A DNA stretch of 64,000 nucleotides from Polyangiaceae bacterium (GTDB taxonomy: Bacteria; Myxococcota_A; Polyangia; Polyangiales; Polyangiaceae). Below the pieces are notes generated by a model that saw only the letters and a list, made by a program, of their open reading frames with translations, was not told the origin of the DNA and did not search any database. A program made the position numbers and the translations under genes. Each line of letters begins with the position of its first letter. The stretch's first letter is position 1. Positions 38,241 to 48,636 of the stretch are shown one piece after another. The DNA is taken from positions 1 through 64,000 of the forward strand of contig JAPSGB010000019.1 of NCBI GenBank assembly GCA_035063585.1, in the 5' to 3' direction.

Positions 38241-39524
38241 CTACTTGATCAGGGTGTCACAGCCGAACTGGACGGCGATCGACACCTCGCCGGACGCGCT
38301 CGCGTGGAGCGCGTCCTCGGCGGCGTCGCACGAGGCCGGGCAGAGGAGCACGCGAGTCGGCGCCGCGTCGTCGTCGTAATACCAGCCGCCGGCCGTGTCG
38401 CAGCTCGCCGCGCCCTTCACCTTGTAGATGAGGCTCTGTTTGCCGCCGTCATCGAGCGCGACGTTCACCTGGGCCGGGTTCAGCACGCCGGCGTCCGGCC
38501 TCGGGATGTCGATCTCGCAGCTCAGCTTCGACGCCTTCGAGACGCCCTGCGCTACGGCGTCGAAGAAGGGCCCCCACGCCGCGGCGCCGTCGCAGATCTT
38601 GGCGCGGACGCCCCCGGTACGCTTTACGAGCTCGGTGTAGACGGTGCCCACGTTGTCCGGTTGGGTGCTGTCCGGGTACGTGCAATTGACGTTCGGATCA
38701 CTCTCGGACCCCCAACCGTAGAGCCCGTCGAAGACGTAGTCCTCGAACAGCCCGCTCCAGGTGGGCTCGAGGATCCCGGGCGGGAGCTCGGTGGAATTCG
38801 CAGGGTTCTTCCCGCCCTTGAAGTGCTCGAACTGATCGGCGGTCAGACGCGAATTATCGTCCGAGACGACCACGAGGGTCTTGGTCGCCTCCGGGCGGAG
38901 CCACTGCCGCCACGGCACGCTCCCGCGCTCGTCTCCTGCGAGGTAGCCCGTCGTCTGCCCGAGCGTCCCGAGGAACTGCTCGAGCGGTTGAACGCTCTTG
39001 ATCCCGACGCTGACGGGGAAATACCTCGCGCTCGCGCCGCAGTTGTCGTCGCCGGCGAGCGGCTGCGGAATACAAATCGGGAAGAGCCCGCCGACCGGGT
39101 TCTTCGCGATGAGCGAGAGCATGATCACCCGGTAGTCGAGGTTCTTGCTCGCGATGAGCGAGGCAAAGCCGTTCAGCCCCTTGTTGATCTCGTCGACCGC
39201 CGGTTTCATGCTGGCGGAGTTGTCGACCATCCAGATGATGTCGACCGGGAGCGTGGCGATCTCGGCCTTCTCGACCGCGGTCGCGCAGGCGGCATCCGGA
39301 TCCAGGCCGCCATCGTTCTGAGAGACGTCGATGCCGCCGCCGTCGGCGCTCCCGCCGGAGACGCCAGCGCTCCCCGCCGCGCCCGCCGCTGCGCCGCCTT
39401 CGCTCGAGGCGTCCGCGCCCGCCGCGCCGCCGGTCGCGGACGCGTCCGGTCCGACGCCCCCGCTCGTCGCGCACGACGCGACGAGCGCGAGACCACCGAG
39501 TAACCCAAGCCAAGCGCGAGCCAT
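38241..39524 (-). CDS. vWA-like (MIDAS) myxobacterial lipoprotein
   Basis: LVASC lipobox, Gly-rich linker, DIIWMVDNSASM (DxSxS), VVVSDD, C-terminal GGWYYD...LCPASC. Confidence 0.85.
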   Translation of the reverse strand: MARAWLGLLGGLALVASCATSGGVGPDASATGGAAGADASSEGGAAAGAAGSAGVSGGSADGGGIDVSQNDGGLDPDAACATAVEKAEIATLPVDIIWMVDNSASMKPAVDEINKGLNGFASLIASKNLDYRVIMLSLIAKNPVGGLFPICIPQPLAGDDNCGASARYFPVSVGIKSVQPLEQFLGTLGQTTGYLAGDERGSVPWRQWLRPEATKTLVVVSDDNSRLTADQFEHFKGGKNPANSTELPPGILEPTWSGLFEDYVFDGLYGWGSESDPNVNCTYPDSTQPDNVGTVYTELVKRTGGVRAKICDGAAAWGPFFDAVAQGVSKASKLSCEIDIPRPDAGVLNPAQVNVALDDGGKQSLIYKVKGAASCDTAGGWYYDDDAAPTRVLLCPASCDAAEDALHASASGEVSIAVQFGCDTLIK

Positions 39525-39596
39525 GACGGTCAGCCTAGATCAGCGCCCGCCCCGGCGGTACTCGCTCCGGGTCGATTTCGCGCCGCCCCGACAAAC

Positions 39597-41561
39597 TCAC
39601 TTCTTCCCGCCCGGGAGCCCGCCGAACTTCGCTATCGCGAGGGCGACCAGATCCTGACACTCGTCGGTCATCGGCTCGAGCGGAGCCTGCTCGAGCGGGT
39701 CCGCGTCGTCATCGTAGCAGTGCCACGTCGAATCCCAGGCCCGCGCCTCGACCTTCAGCGGGCCCTTCACATAGCCCCAGTTCTCGAACGCGCAGCTCCA
39801 CACTCCGCCGCAGTTGGTCATGGGGAGCGCCGCGGTAGTGAGCTCGGGGCGGAGCAGGCTGTGGCCCGCCATCGCGGCCTCGTACTTGGCGATGGCGGGA
39901 TCGTGCAGCACGCCGAGGAGATCGAGGATGGTCGGCGCCACATCCACATGGAAATTGAACTCGTCCCGCTTGGCGCGGAGGTGCTTCTGCTCGTCGTCGC
40001 TCAGCGTGCCGGGCGCGCCGTAGATCCAGGCCGGCACGTGCGTCTCCTCGGCGAGCACGCTGAAGGTGTGCCCCATCTGACCGTGCTCGCGGAACGCCTC
40101 GCCGTGATCGCTCGTGTACACCACCACGGTGCGCTTGCCCGCGTCGCTGTCGAGCACGCTCCGGAGCATCCGCGCGACGTGCTGATCCTGCTGCCACACG
40201 GCGTTCTGGTAGTAGCGCTTGAACTCCGAGTTCTTCTCGGGCGCTTTGCTGGTCGTGTAAGGACGAAACGGCGTGTCGTAGTGGTCCTGCACGAGGTACG
40301 GGTAGTGGCAGTTCGAGAGGTGGATGACCGCGAGCCACGGCTCTCGGAGCTCGTGGAAGTGCTCCTCCACGTACGACGCCAGGAGCTGCTCCGGGGCGCC
40401 CATGTCGAGATCCGAGTACGGCCAGAGCTCGGTCGCGCTCACGAAGTGTCCGACGCCGAGGTTTTTCACGAAGAGCCGCGCGTTGCCGAACATCAGGTTC
40501 TGGCTGGTGAAATACGCGGTGTCGTAGCCGGCGGCCCGGGCGTAGTCGAAGATGAGCGGCCAGGTGTGCATCACCTCGCGCGAGGCGTCGGCGCCGGTGC
40601 CCGACCAGAGCACCGAGAGCGAGATGGCGGTGGTCGAGTCCATGCTGCGCATCCGGGTGAACGGGAAGCGCTCGGGCACGAGCCGGTTGGTGGCCCCGGT
40701 CCGCTCGCACTCGGGGTCGTATTCGATGCAGGTGCTGTCGGCGCGCACGCTCTCGAGCACGACGAGGAGCACGTTCCGTCTCGGCGTGTGCTTCGAGGTG
40801 AGCTTCGGCACCGGCAGCGACTGCCTCACCTTGGGTCGAAGCTGGTGGGATTCGTCCGTCCAGCCGAGCTGCGTCGCGAGGAGCCCGCCGACCGCGTTCA
40901 AGTAGAGCACGTCGGGCGTGGAGGCCTGGAGCTGCCGGTGCTGGGTCGGGAGCGCGAAGGAGGCGGCTGCGACCAGCGGCACCACGGCCGCCGCCACGAT
41001 CGCCGAGCGGCGCCGCGAGCGGATGAGCTTGCGCCCGAGCACGAGCGCCGCGAGGGCGCCGAGCAGCGGGAGCAGGTTCGCGCGCAGATAGGTGCCGAAG
41101 TCCGCGAAGAGCTGGTTTACGACGCTGTCCATCAGGTTCGATGCGAACCGCGAGACGTCGGTGTTCAGGTACGCGTTATACTGGCTGAAGAAATACGCTT
41201 GCCCGCCAAAGGTGAAGGTCACCCCGACGAGGAACAGCGCCGCGGCCACCCAACGCATTCGCCCGCGGCGGCGCGACGCCGCGTAGAGCAGCACGCCCCA
41301 GACCACCAGGCTCTCGAGCGCGGCGAGCGCGTAGTAGCCGCGATAGCGCCACGTCAAGAGCTCGATGCGCTCACCGCGCCGGGCGAAATCGATCGCGATC
41401 GACGCCGCGGTCGGCGCGCAGAGGAGCGCCCACGCCGCCGCGCGACGGAGCCTCAGCGAGCGGCGAGCGCGCGCCGCCGATCTGGCGCCGAGCGCGGCGA
41501 TGCCCGAGTCCGGCTCTGGGGCGGCTCGGGGCCCCTCGTCGTCGATACGCGCGTTTCCCAA
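39597..41561 (-). CDS. Membrane-anchored sulfatase/alkaline-phosphatase-superfamily transferase (LtaS/EptA-like); start uncertain
   Basis: About five N-terminal TM helices; NVLLVVLESVRAD, HYPY, TSDHGE, GHT. No C/SxPxR formylglycine motif (DSTTAISL instead). TTG 41561 inferred. Confidence 0.8.
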   Translation of the reverse strand: MGNARIDDEGPRAAPEPDSGIAALGARSAARARRSLRLRRAAAWALLCAPTAASIAIDFARRGERIELLTWRYRGYYALAALESLVVWGVLLYAASRRRGRMRWVAAALFLVGVTFTFGGQAYFFSQYNAYLNTDVSRFASNLMDSVVNQLFADFGTYLRANLLPLLGALAALVLGRKLIRSRRRSAIVAAAVVPLVAAASFALPTQHRQLQASTPDVLYLNAVGGLLATQLGWTDESHQLRPKVRQSLPVPKLTSKHTPRRNVLLVVLESVRADSTCIEYDPECERTGATNRLVPERFPFTRMRSMDSTTAISLSVLWSGTGADASREVMHTWPLIFDYARAAGYDTAYFTSQNLMFGNARLFVKNLGVGHFVSATELWPYSDLDMGAPEQLLASYVEEHFHELREPWLAVIHLSNCHYPYLVQDHYDTPFRPYTTSKAPEKNSEFKRYYQNAVWQQDQHVARMLRSVLDSDAGKRTVVVYTSDHGEAFREHGQMGHTFSVLAEETHVPAWIYGAPGTLSDDEQKHLRAKRDEFNFHVDVAPTILDLLGVLHDPAIAKYEAAMAGHSLLRPELTTAALPMTNCGGVWSCAFENWGYVKGPLKVEARAWDSTWHCYDDDADPLEQAPLEPMTDECQDLVALAIAKFGGLPGGKK

Positions 41562-41717
41562 GGACGGGGACGATGGTAGCGAAAATTCCCCGAAGCGCGA
41601 GCCGCCCTGCAGGTCGAAGGCTGCCCGGGTCGACCGGGTTCCCGGCCGAGGGGCGCTCGGCCGCCGAGATCCGATAGGTCGCCGCGCCGCCGCATCCGCG
41701 CTAGAATTTCGGCCCCG

Positions 41718-42608
41718 ATGGCGCGGCCCCTCGAGTTCAAGGCGCGCGTGCGGCTGCCCGCCGAGCTGTCGCTGCCCGCACCGCGCGCGCCGCGGCGCCT
41801 CGATCTGCGCTTCGTCGGCGCGCTCACGTGGCTCACCGCCTCCGCCATCGCGTACCTCGTGGTGACGCGCGGCGTCCCCTCGAGGGATTGGCTCGGCGGC
41901 GCGGCCGGCGGCGCGGCGCGAGGCGCGGTCGGCGGCGACGCGCCAGTGCCCCCGGCGCGCGTGACTCCGCCGCCGGCGCTCGCGGCGTCCGAGCCGGAGC
42001 CCGGCGCGCGCGCCGCGCGCGAGCCGCTCCGAGCGCCCCCCGCCCGGTCGTCCGAGGGCGTCGCGGTCGCGGCCGCGACGACGCGAGAGGCGGCCGAGCC
42101 GAGCGCCAGAGCTGCGCCGAAGGAGCCCGCAGCCGCGGAAGAGCCCGCAGCCGCGGAAGAGCCCGCCGCGGCGCGCGTCGCGGAGTCCGCGCCCGCGGCC
42201 GACTCGCTCCCGGACCCGCTCGCGGGGAGCGGCGCGCCCGCCTTCACGACGCCGAGCGCGGCGGCCCGCGCCCCGGCGTTCACCGGAGGTATGGGCTGCA
42301 GCGAGGCGATCGAGACGTATCACCAGCAAGTCGAGATCGGGGGCCCGAGCGGCCCCGCCGATCTGACGCGCGGCCAGTTCGCCGCGGTGCTCGAGAACGG
42401 CGGGTGGTTCGCGTGGTGTCAGGTCCCGTCATCGTTCGCGCTCGAGGTGTGCGTCGCGGTGAAGGGCGGGCGCGCGGTCGGCGTGACCGCGCGCACCACG
42501 CCGCGAAGCTATCGGACGGAGGCGTGCGTGGCGAAGGCGGCGCGACGGCTCTCCTTCCCGTCGAGCCCGCGCCTGGACGTCACGCGGACGGTCTTCGAGG
42601 CCGACTGA
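41718..42608 (+). CDS. Single-pass membrane protein with low-complexity linker and TonB-C-like C-terminal domain
   Basis: TM helix; (EPAAAE) repeats at 42123-42170; EVCVAVKGGRAVGVT...ACVAKAARRLSFP. Confidence 0.65.
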   Translation: MARPLEFKARVRLPAELSLPAPRAPRRLDLRFVGALTWLTASAIAYLVVTRGVPSRDWLGGAAGGAARGAVGGDAPVPPARVTPPPALAASEPEPGARAAREPLRAPPARSSEGVAVAAATTREAAEPSARAAPKEPAAAEEPAAAEEPAAARVAESAPAADSLPDPLAGSGAPAFTTPSAAARAPAFTGGMGCSEAIETYHQQVEIGGPSGPADLTRGQFAAVLENGGWFAWCQVPSSFALEVCVAVKGGRAVGVTARTTPRSYRTEACVAKAARRLSFPSSPRLDVTRTVFEAD

Positions 42609-42668
42609 CGGCGCGCCGCGCCGCCGGCCGCGCCGGCGCGACCTCCCCTCGAGGGCCCGCAGCCCGGG

Positions 42669-43472
42669 TCAGGCGTCGGTGAGCCAGCTCGTGATGAGGT
42701 AGTTCGCGATGAGGACCGCGACCGCGCTCTGCACGACCGCGCGAGTGGTCGCCTGACCGACGCCGCGCGCGCCGCCGGACGCGAAGAAGCCCTGATGACA
42801 CGAGATGCTCGCGATGAGAAAGCCAAACACCGCGGCCTTCACCTCGCCCATCCAGAAGTCCTTGAAGGTGAGGTATTTCTCGATGTTCGCGAGGAAGGTG
42901 CCCGGATCGATGCCGAGCCCCTGCACCGCGACGACCCAGGCGCCCAGCATACCGATGGAGCTGTAAAGGATGCAGAGGAGCGGCCCCATCAGCACGGCGG
43001 CGACGAGGCGCGGCACCAGCAGGTACTGCACCGGGCTCACCGCCATGGTGGTGAGCGCGTCCACCTGCTCGGTCACGCGCATGTTGCCGAGCTCGGCGGC
43101 CATCGCGCTCCCGGCGCGCGCGGTGATCATGAGCGCGGAAAACACCGGGCTGATCTCGCGCGCGAGCGACACCGCGACCACCGAGCCAACCAACGCCTCT
43201 GCGCCGAAGGTCCGCATGGTGTTCACCATCTGCAGCGCGAGCACCATGCCGCTGAAGAGCCCGGTCAGCGAGATGATGAACACCGACTGGACCCCGATGA
43301 AGTCCATCGAGAGGAGGAGCTGCCCGACGCGGTACGGCGGGCGCACGAGCCAGAGCAAGGTCTGGCCGGTGAGGATCAGGAACGAGCCGAGCGCCTCGAG
43401 CGCACCCACGAGCGGGCGGGTGAGCGAGGCGAAGAGCCCTGGCCCCGAGCCTGCACCGCGGCGCGTCGACAC
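42669..43472 (-). CDS. mlaE: MlaE-family ABC transporter permease
   Basis: REISPVFSALMITARAGSAMAAELGNMRVTEQVDAL, GARGVGQATTRAVV. Confidence 0.93.
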   Translation of the reverse strand: MSTRRGAGSGPGLFASLTRPLVGALEALGSFLILTGQTLLWLVRPPYRVGQLLLSMDFIGVQSVFIISLTGLFSGMVLALQMVNTMRTFGAEALVGSVVAVSLAREISPVFSALMITARAGSAMAAELGNMRVTEQVDALTTMAVSPVQYLLVPRLVAAVLMGPLLCILYSSIGMLGAWVVAVQGLGIDPGTFLANIEKYLTFKDFWMGEVKAAVFGFLIASISCHQGFFASGGARGVGQATTRAVVQSAVAVLIANYLITSWLTDA

Positions 43473-43481
43473 GGCGCTCTT

Positions 43482-43946
43482 CTAACCCGGACCCCGAAGC
43501 GCCGCGAGCACCTCCGCGGCGCGCGGCCCGGTCGCGGTGATTCGCGCGCTCCGCGGCTCGACCGAGAGGCTCACCACGAGCGCGTCGCCGCCGAGCTCGG
43601 CGATGAACGGCTCCCCCCACTCGACGACCACGAGCGCGCCGTCGTCACGTCGCTCGGCGAGCCCGAGCTCGAGCACGTCGGCGGCGCCGGCGAGGCGATA
43701 GAGATCGGCGTGGTAGACGCGCACTCGCGCCTGGTGCTCGCTCACCAGCGTGAAGGTCGGGCTCGTGACACGCTCCTCCGCGGGGAGCCCGAGCGCCCGA
43801 CACATCGCGCGCGTGAGGAAGGTCTTGCCCGCGCCGAGCTCGCCCGAGAGGACCACGAGGTCACCGCCCGCGACCGCGCGCGCGAGGCGTCGGCCGAGAT
43901 GGACCGTGGCGCGTCGCGTAGGGAGCGGGAGCACGAGATCGGTCAT
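43482..43946 (-). CDS. tsaE: tRNA t6A biosynthesis ATPase TsaE
   Basis: LSGELGAGKT, VTSPTFTL, YHADLYRL, VVEWG; ATGA overlap with upstream gene. Confidence 0.95.
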   Translation of the reverse strand: MTDLVLPLPTRRATVHLGRRLARAVAGGDLVVLSGELGAGKTFLTRAMCRALGLPAEERVTSPTFTLVSEHQARVRVYHADLYRLAGAADVLELGLAERRDDGALVVVEWGEPFIAELGGDALVVSLSVEPRSARITATGPRAAEVLAALRGPG

Positions 43947-45775
43947 CGCGCGCTCACCGTGTGAAGCTCGCGCTCGAGCGCGCGGCCGCCCTCGAAGCCC
44001 GGGCGCGCGCTGGTCCAGAGCGGCGCGCGGACGGTCGCCAGGCGCGCGCGCGCCTGCTCGTGGAGCTCGGCGACCGCGGCCGCGTCGTCGGCCACCTCGA
44101 GCGGAAAGGTGGCGAGCGCGGCGGCGGCGAGCATTCCGGCGTCGTACCCGAGGGCGACGAAGAAGTTCGGCGGAGCGCCGGTCGCCTCGACGAAGGCCTC
44201 GAGCGCCGCGGGTGCGCCCGCCCCGGGGACCCACGGAAAGCTCCCGGTCGCGACCGCGAGCCGCGGTCCGGTGAGGCTCCGGCTCGCGATGAGCTCGGCG
44301 CTCTCGAGTCCGAGCCCGATGAGCGGCCGCCGACCGGCCGCGGCGAGCTCGTCCACCGCGTCACGCGTGCAGCCTGCCGCGCCAAAGGACGCGAGGGCGT
44401 CGATTCGCTCCCGCTTCCACTCCGAGACTGGAAAGCGCGGCGCGCCCGCCGAAGCCGGGGCGGCGTCGCACGACGCGCCGCCGCTGCCCACTCGCGCGAC
44501 GCGCGCGGCGCCCGCAGACCGCAGCGCGGCGAGCAGCACTTCCTCGGCGCGTTCGGGCGCGGCCGCGAGGCTGAAGGCGAACCCGCCCGCGGGAGGCGGC
44601 GCAGAGGGCGCGAGCACGATCACCGGAATCGAGCGCGCGACCGCGAACCGCGTGGCGCGTTCGGCGCTGGCCCCGGTGACGCCCGCCACCAAGATCGCCG
44701 CACCGTCGCCGGCGAGCGCCGCGAGCGCGTGGTCGGTCGCCTCGAGGTCGCCTCCGTCGTCGCGCACTGCGAGCCGCACCGCCTCGTCGCGACGGGCGGA
44801 CTCGGGCAGCCCGAGCGCGCGCGTGAGCCCCGCCGCCACCGACGCCGAGCGCCGGCGCTCCTCGGCGCTGGTCACGCTGAGCAGGAGCCCGACCGAGCGC
44901 CCCGCCACGCGCGCCACCACCTGACCGCGTGCCGCGAGCCGCGCGAGCGCGTCGCCGCGCTCGCCGGCACGGACGCTCGCCGGCCCGCTCTCGATGAGGC
45001 GCTGCGCGAGCGCTGGGTCGCCGCCGTCGAGCGCGCGCGAGATGAGCGTCTCGCGGAGGACGCGACGGAGCCAGCTCCGCGGGCCGGCCCGCGTCGCGCT
45101 GCCGACGCCGCGCCGCGCCTCGTCGTCGAGCGCGGCGAGCCCGCCCTCGAGCGAGCGCGACGGGACGCCGCCGAGCAGCTCCTCGACCCGCGCCTCGACC
45201 GCGTCACGGCTCTCGAGGGGCGCCTGCACCAACCAGTCGAGGAGATAGTCGAGCGCCGCCCGCCACCGCTTCGCGCCGAGGGCGGCGTGCACCAGCTCCT
45301 CGCCGTAGACGAGCCGCTCGTCGAGATCGACGATCTTGCCGTCGAGCGGCGCGAGCAGCACGAGCGCGCGGGCGGCTTGCCCCTGGCGCGTGAGGATGGC
45401 GGCGCGAGTCACGGTCGCGAGATCCTGCGCGCTGCCGGCGCGGCCGCCGAGCGCGTCGCGAACCATGGCCTGAGCCTCGGGGAGCCGCCCCTGCTCGATG
45501 CGGATCCACGCGAGGTAGATGCGCGCGATGCGCGCGCGGGCGTCCTCGGGGTGCGCGCGAAGGAACCCGACCACCTTCGCCTCGAGGGCGGGACGGGCGG
45601 AGGGCGACGCCGCGAGCCAGGAGCGCTGCATGGACCGGAACTCGCGCTGCGCGGCGAGCGACCCCGCGAGCGTGGGTGACGGGCGGGCACCGTCCGACGC
45701 CGCGCTGGCGCAGGCCACCGCCGCCGAGAGCACCCCGACGATCATCAGAAAATAGCGAGGATCGTGCGGCTTCAT
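43943..45775 (-). CDS. LppC/LpoA-like lipoprotein (TPR plus periplasmic binding protein type I fold)
   Basis: AAVAC lipobox; helical N-half; VGLLLSVT, LAVRDDGGD, PNFFVALGYDAG. Confidence 0.7.
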   Translation of the reverse strand: MKPHDPRYFLMIVGVLSAAVACASAASDGARPSPTLAGSLAAQREFRSMQRSWLAASPSARPALEAKVVGFLRAHPEDARARIARIYLAWIRIEQGRLPEAQAMVRDALGGRAGSAQDLATVTRAAILTRQGQAARALVLLAPLDGKIVDLDERLVYGEELVHAALGAKRWRAALDYLLDWLVQAPLESRDAVEARVEELLGGVPSRSLEGGLAALDDEARRGVGSATRAGPRSWLRRVLRETLISRALDGGDPALAQRLIESGPASVRAGERGDALARLAARGQVVARVAGRSVGLLLSVTSAEERRRSASVAAGLTRALGLPESARRDEAVRLAVRDDGGDLEATDHALAALAGDGAAILVAGVTGASAERATRFAVARSIPVIVLAPSAPPPAGGFAFSLAAAPERAEEVLLAALRSAGAARVARVGSGGASCDAAPASAGAPRFPVSEWKRERIDALASFGAAGCTRDAVDELAAAGRRPLIGLGLESAELIASRSLTGPRLAVATGSFPWVPGAGAPAALEAFVEATGAPPNFFVALGYDAGMLAAAALATFPLEVADDAAAVAELHEQARARLATVRAPLWTSARPGFEGGRALERELHTVSAR

Positions 45776-45853
45776 CGGCGCGTCTTGGTTTGGCGGAGGA
45801 GCCGTGCTCCCTTACGGGCCGCCAGGCGAGACTGCCTGCTCGGAGGTATCCGC

Positions 45854-46624
45854 GTGTCCGACGACCTTGCCAGCACCTCGCTCTCGTCGAGAGACCGCCG
45901 CGCCTTCGTGCTTCGTAAGCTCCACTCGCTCACCGGGGTGATTCCGGTCGGAATCTACCTCAGCCTGCACATCTTCACGAACGCCAAGGCGATGGAGGGC
46001 GCGCAGGCCTACGACGAGGCCGTCGCCGGGCTCGCTCGGTGGCCGTATTGGAGCGTGGTCGAGGTGGTGGGGCTGTACCTCCCGCTCGCGTTCCATGCGC
46101 TCTACGGCGTCAAGCTCACGCTCGAGGCTCGCCCGAACAATCGACGCTACCCATTCTCGCGAAACTGGATGTACACCCTTCAGCGCGTCACCGGGCTCTT
46201 GGCGCTCGGGTTCATCGCGTACCACCTGTGGCACCTCCGCGCGCAGGTAGGGCTCGGCACGATGGAGCGAGCGGACTACTTCCCGCGCCTCTGCGCCACG
46301 CTCTCGAGCACGACCGCGAGCGGGATCCCGGTGGCGGCCATCGCCTACTTGATCGGGGTCGCCGCCTGCGTGTTCCACTTCGCGAACGGGCTGCATGGTT
46401 TCTGCTTCTCGTGGGGTATCACCGTTTCTCGTCGCGCGGCGCGCTCGACCGCCCTCGTGTTCGGCCTCTTCGGCGTGGCGCTCTTCGCGGTGGCGGCGAG
46501 CACCATCATCTATTTTGCGACCGGCTCCCGGCTGGTGCTGGCGCCCGGCGCGGCGAGCGGCGCGCCTCCGCCCATCACCTGCCGCGACCTCACCGCGGGT
46601 AGCCTCGCGGCGGTGGTGCGATGA
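45854..46624 (+). CDS. sdhC: Succinate dehydrogenase-like di-haem cytochrome b558 anchor (Bacillus type)
   Basis: GTG after GGAGG; RKLHSLTG, AFHALYG, LQRVTG, AYHLWH, FHFANGL. Confidence 0.9.
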   Translation: MSDDLASTSLSSRDRRAFVLRKLHSLTGVIPVGIYLSLHIFTNAKAMEGAQAYDEAVAGLARWPYWSVVEVVGLYLPLAFHALYGVKLTLEARPNNRRYPFSRNWMYTLQRVTGLLALGFIAYHLWHLRAQVGLGTMERADYFPRLCATLSSTTASGIPVAAIAYLIGVAACVFHFANGLHGFCFSWGITVSRRAARSTALVFGLFGVALFAVAASTIIYFATGSRLVLAPGAASGAPPPITCRDLTAGSLAAVVR

Positions 46625-48636
46625 ACGACCGTTCCGCCCGGAGCGACCGCGCGAAGCTCCGTCGCGCGATCGTGGTCGGCGCCGGGATCGCCGGCCTGAT
46701 GACGACGCTCGAGCTCGCCGAGGCGGGCATCCCGGTCTTGCTCGTCAGCCTCGGGCCGGCGCGTCGCTCACCGTCGGGGACCATCCAGAGCGGGCTCGAT
46801 GCCGCGGTCGAGTCGGGCGGCGACGAGCCGCGCCTTCACCTCGACGACACGCTGGTCGGGGGTGATTTCCTCGCCCCTCAGCCCCCGGTGCGGAGCATGA
46901 CGGAGGCCGCGCCGCGACTGGTCGAGCTGCTCGATCGGATGGGCGTCCCCTTCGAGCGCTCGCCGGAGGGGCGTCTCGCGCGCCGGCGCTCGGAGGGGTC
47001 GCGCATCGCGCGGGCGAGCTTCGCGGGCGCGAGCACCGGGCAGCACGTGCTCGCCGCGCTCGACGAGCAGGTGCGCCGGCTCGAGGTCCGCGGCGTCACC
47101 GACGAGCACGGGGTCCGCATCCCAGGCGAGCGGCTGGTGCTCGTGCTCGAGCCGTTCGAGTTCCTCGGCGTGGTCCGAGACGACCGGGGCGCGTGCGTCG
47201 GGGTCGTCCTCCAGGATCTTCGCAGCATGCGGATCAAGGCGTATCCGGCCGACGGCGTGTGCCTCGCGACCGGCGGCGCGCGCGCGCTCTTTGCGCCCGG
47301 CGCGGGCGAGCCGCTCTCCACGGGCAGCGCCGCCGCCGCCGTTCATCGTCAGGGCGCCGCGCTCGCGAACCCCGAGCTCATCGAGGTCTGCCCGACGGCC
47401 ATCGTGAGCGACGACGCGGCGTACCTCATCGGAGACGCGGCGCGCGGCGAGGGCGGCCGCCTCTTCGCCCCGAAGGACCCGCGCGAAGCGCGGCGCCCGC
47501 GCGACATCCCCGAGCGAGACCGCGACTACTTCCTCGAGCGGCTCTACCCCGAGCTCGGAAACCTGGTCCCCCCGGACGTCGCCGCCCGCGCCGTGCTCCG
47601 AGCGGCTGCCGCTGGCGACGACCCGGCCGGCTCCGCGCTCACGAGCGAGGGCGAGTGCCCCGTCTACCTCGAGCTCTCGCACCGCCCCGCGCACGTGCTC
47701 GAGGCGCGGCTCGGTCGCGTGCTCACGCTCGGCGAGAAGTTCGCGGACACCGACCCGCGCGCCGAGCCGCTGCGGGTCACGCCCGCCGTCAGCCGTACGC
47801 TCGGCGGCCTCTGGGTGGATTACGAAGCCGATGACTCGGGGAGGATCGTGGTCGGTTCGGCGCGGAACCACGCGACCAGCCTGCCCGGCCTCTACGCGGC
47901 GGGCGGCGTCGCCGCCCAGTATCACGGCGCCTCGGCGCTCGGCGGCAACCTCATCCTCGCCGACCTCTACGGCGCGCGGCTCGCGGCGGCCTCGCTGATC
48001 GCCTACCGCGCGGGCCTCGCGCGGAGCGCCTTCGACTCGCCGAGCTCGCTCTTCGAGCGGGCGGAGGCCGCGGAGCGCTCGCGCTACGAGGAGATCCTTG
48101 GGCGCAGCTCGGGCAGGGAGGACGCGGAGAACCCCTTCGAGCTGAAGGACGAGCTCGGCCGCGCCCTGCTCAGCGACGCAGGCGCGCTCCGCGACGACGC
48201 GCGCCTCTACGCGCTCCTCGAGACCATCCACGCGCTGGAGTCGCGGCTCGGCAACGCGCGCGTCACCGACACCGCGACGCGCATGAACCAGAGCGCGCAG
48301 ATGGTCCGTCAGCTCGGCAACATGCTGGTCTACGCGCGAGCCCTCGCGGAGGGCGCGCGCGCGCGCGCCGAGTGCCGCGGCGCGCACTACAAGTCGAAGC
48401 ACGACCCTCGGGTGACCCCCGGCGCCGTCGGACGCGACGACGCGCGCTGGCTCCGCACCACGCTCGCGCTCGCGACGGGAGACGGCGAGGTGCGGCTCGT
48501 CCGCGAGCTCGACTACGAGCTCGGCGGGCGCACGATTCACGTCACCGACGCAGTGGACACGCGCTGGGTCGCGCCACGTCCCCGCGAGCTGGGTGAAGCA
48601 GAGCGAACGCGGCGGCGCGCGCCGGAGGAGTCCTGA
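46621..48636 (+). CDS. sdhA: SdhA-like flavoprotein with non-canonical active site
   Basis: Colinear with Bacillus-type SdhA (GAGIAGL, DDTLVGGDFLAPQPPV, STGQHVLAALDEQVRR, ARGEGG, ECRGAHY) but catalytic residues are substituted. Confidence 0.85.
   Translation: MNDRSARSDRAKLRRAIVVGAGIAGLMTTLELAEAGIPVLLVSLGPARRSPSGTIQSGLDAAVESGGDEPRLHLDDTLVGGDFLAPQPPVRSMTEAAPRLVELLDRMGVPFERSPEGRLARRRSEGSRIARASFAGASTGQHVLAALDEQVRRLEVRGVTDEHGVRIPGERLVLVLEPFEFLGVVRDDRGACVGVVLQDLRSMRIKAYPADGVCLATGGARALFAPGAGEPLSTGSAAAAVHRQGAALANPELIEVCPTAIVSDDAAYLIGDAARGEGGRLFAPKDPREARRPRDIPERDRDYFLERLYPELGNLVPPDVAARAVLRAAAAGDDPAGSALTSEGECPVYLELSHRPAHVLEARLGRVLTLGEKFADTDPRAEPLRVTPAVSRTLGGLWVDYEADDSGRIVVGSARNHATSLPGLYAAGGVAAQYHGASALGGNLILADLYGARLAAASLIAYRAGLARSAFDSPSSLFERAEAAERSRYEEILGRSSGREDAENPFELKDELGRALLSDAGALRDDARLYALLETIHALESRLGNARVTDTATRMNQSAQMVRQLGNMLVYARALAEGARARAECRGAHYKSKHDPRVTPGAVGRDDARWLRTTLALATGDGEVRLVRELDYELGGRTIHVTDAVDTRWVAPRPRELGEAERTRRRAPEES

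Noticed and set aside
45790..45810. sigma54 promoter before sdhC (TGGC...TGC)
   Set aside because: GG to GC spacing is 12 nt rather than the required 10.
46621..48636. Labelling the sdhA-like gene a pseudogene
   Set aside because: Frame intact, coupled to both neighbours, strong codon bias and conserved scaffold; substitutions cluster at the active site.
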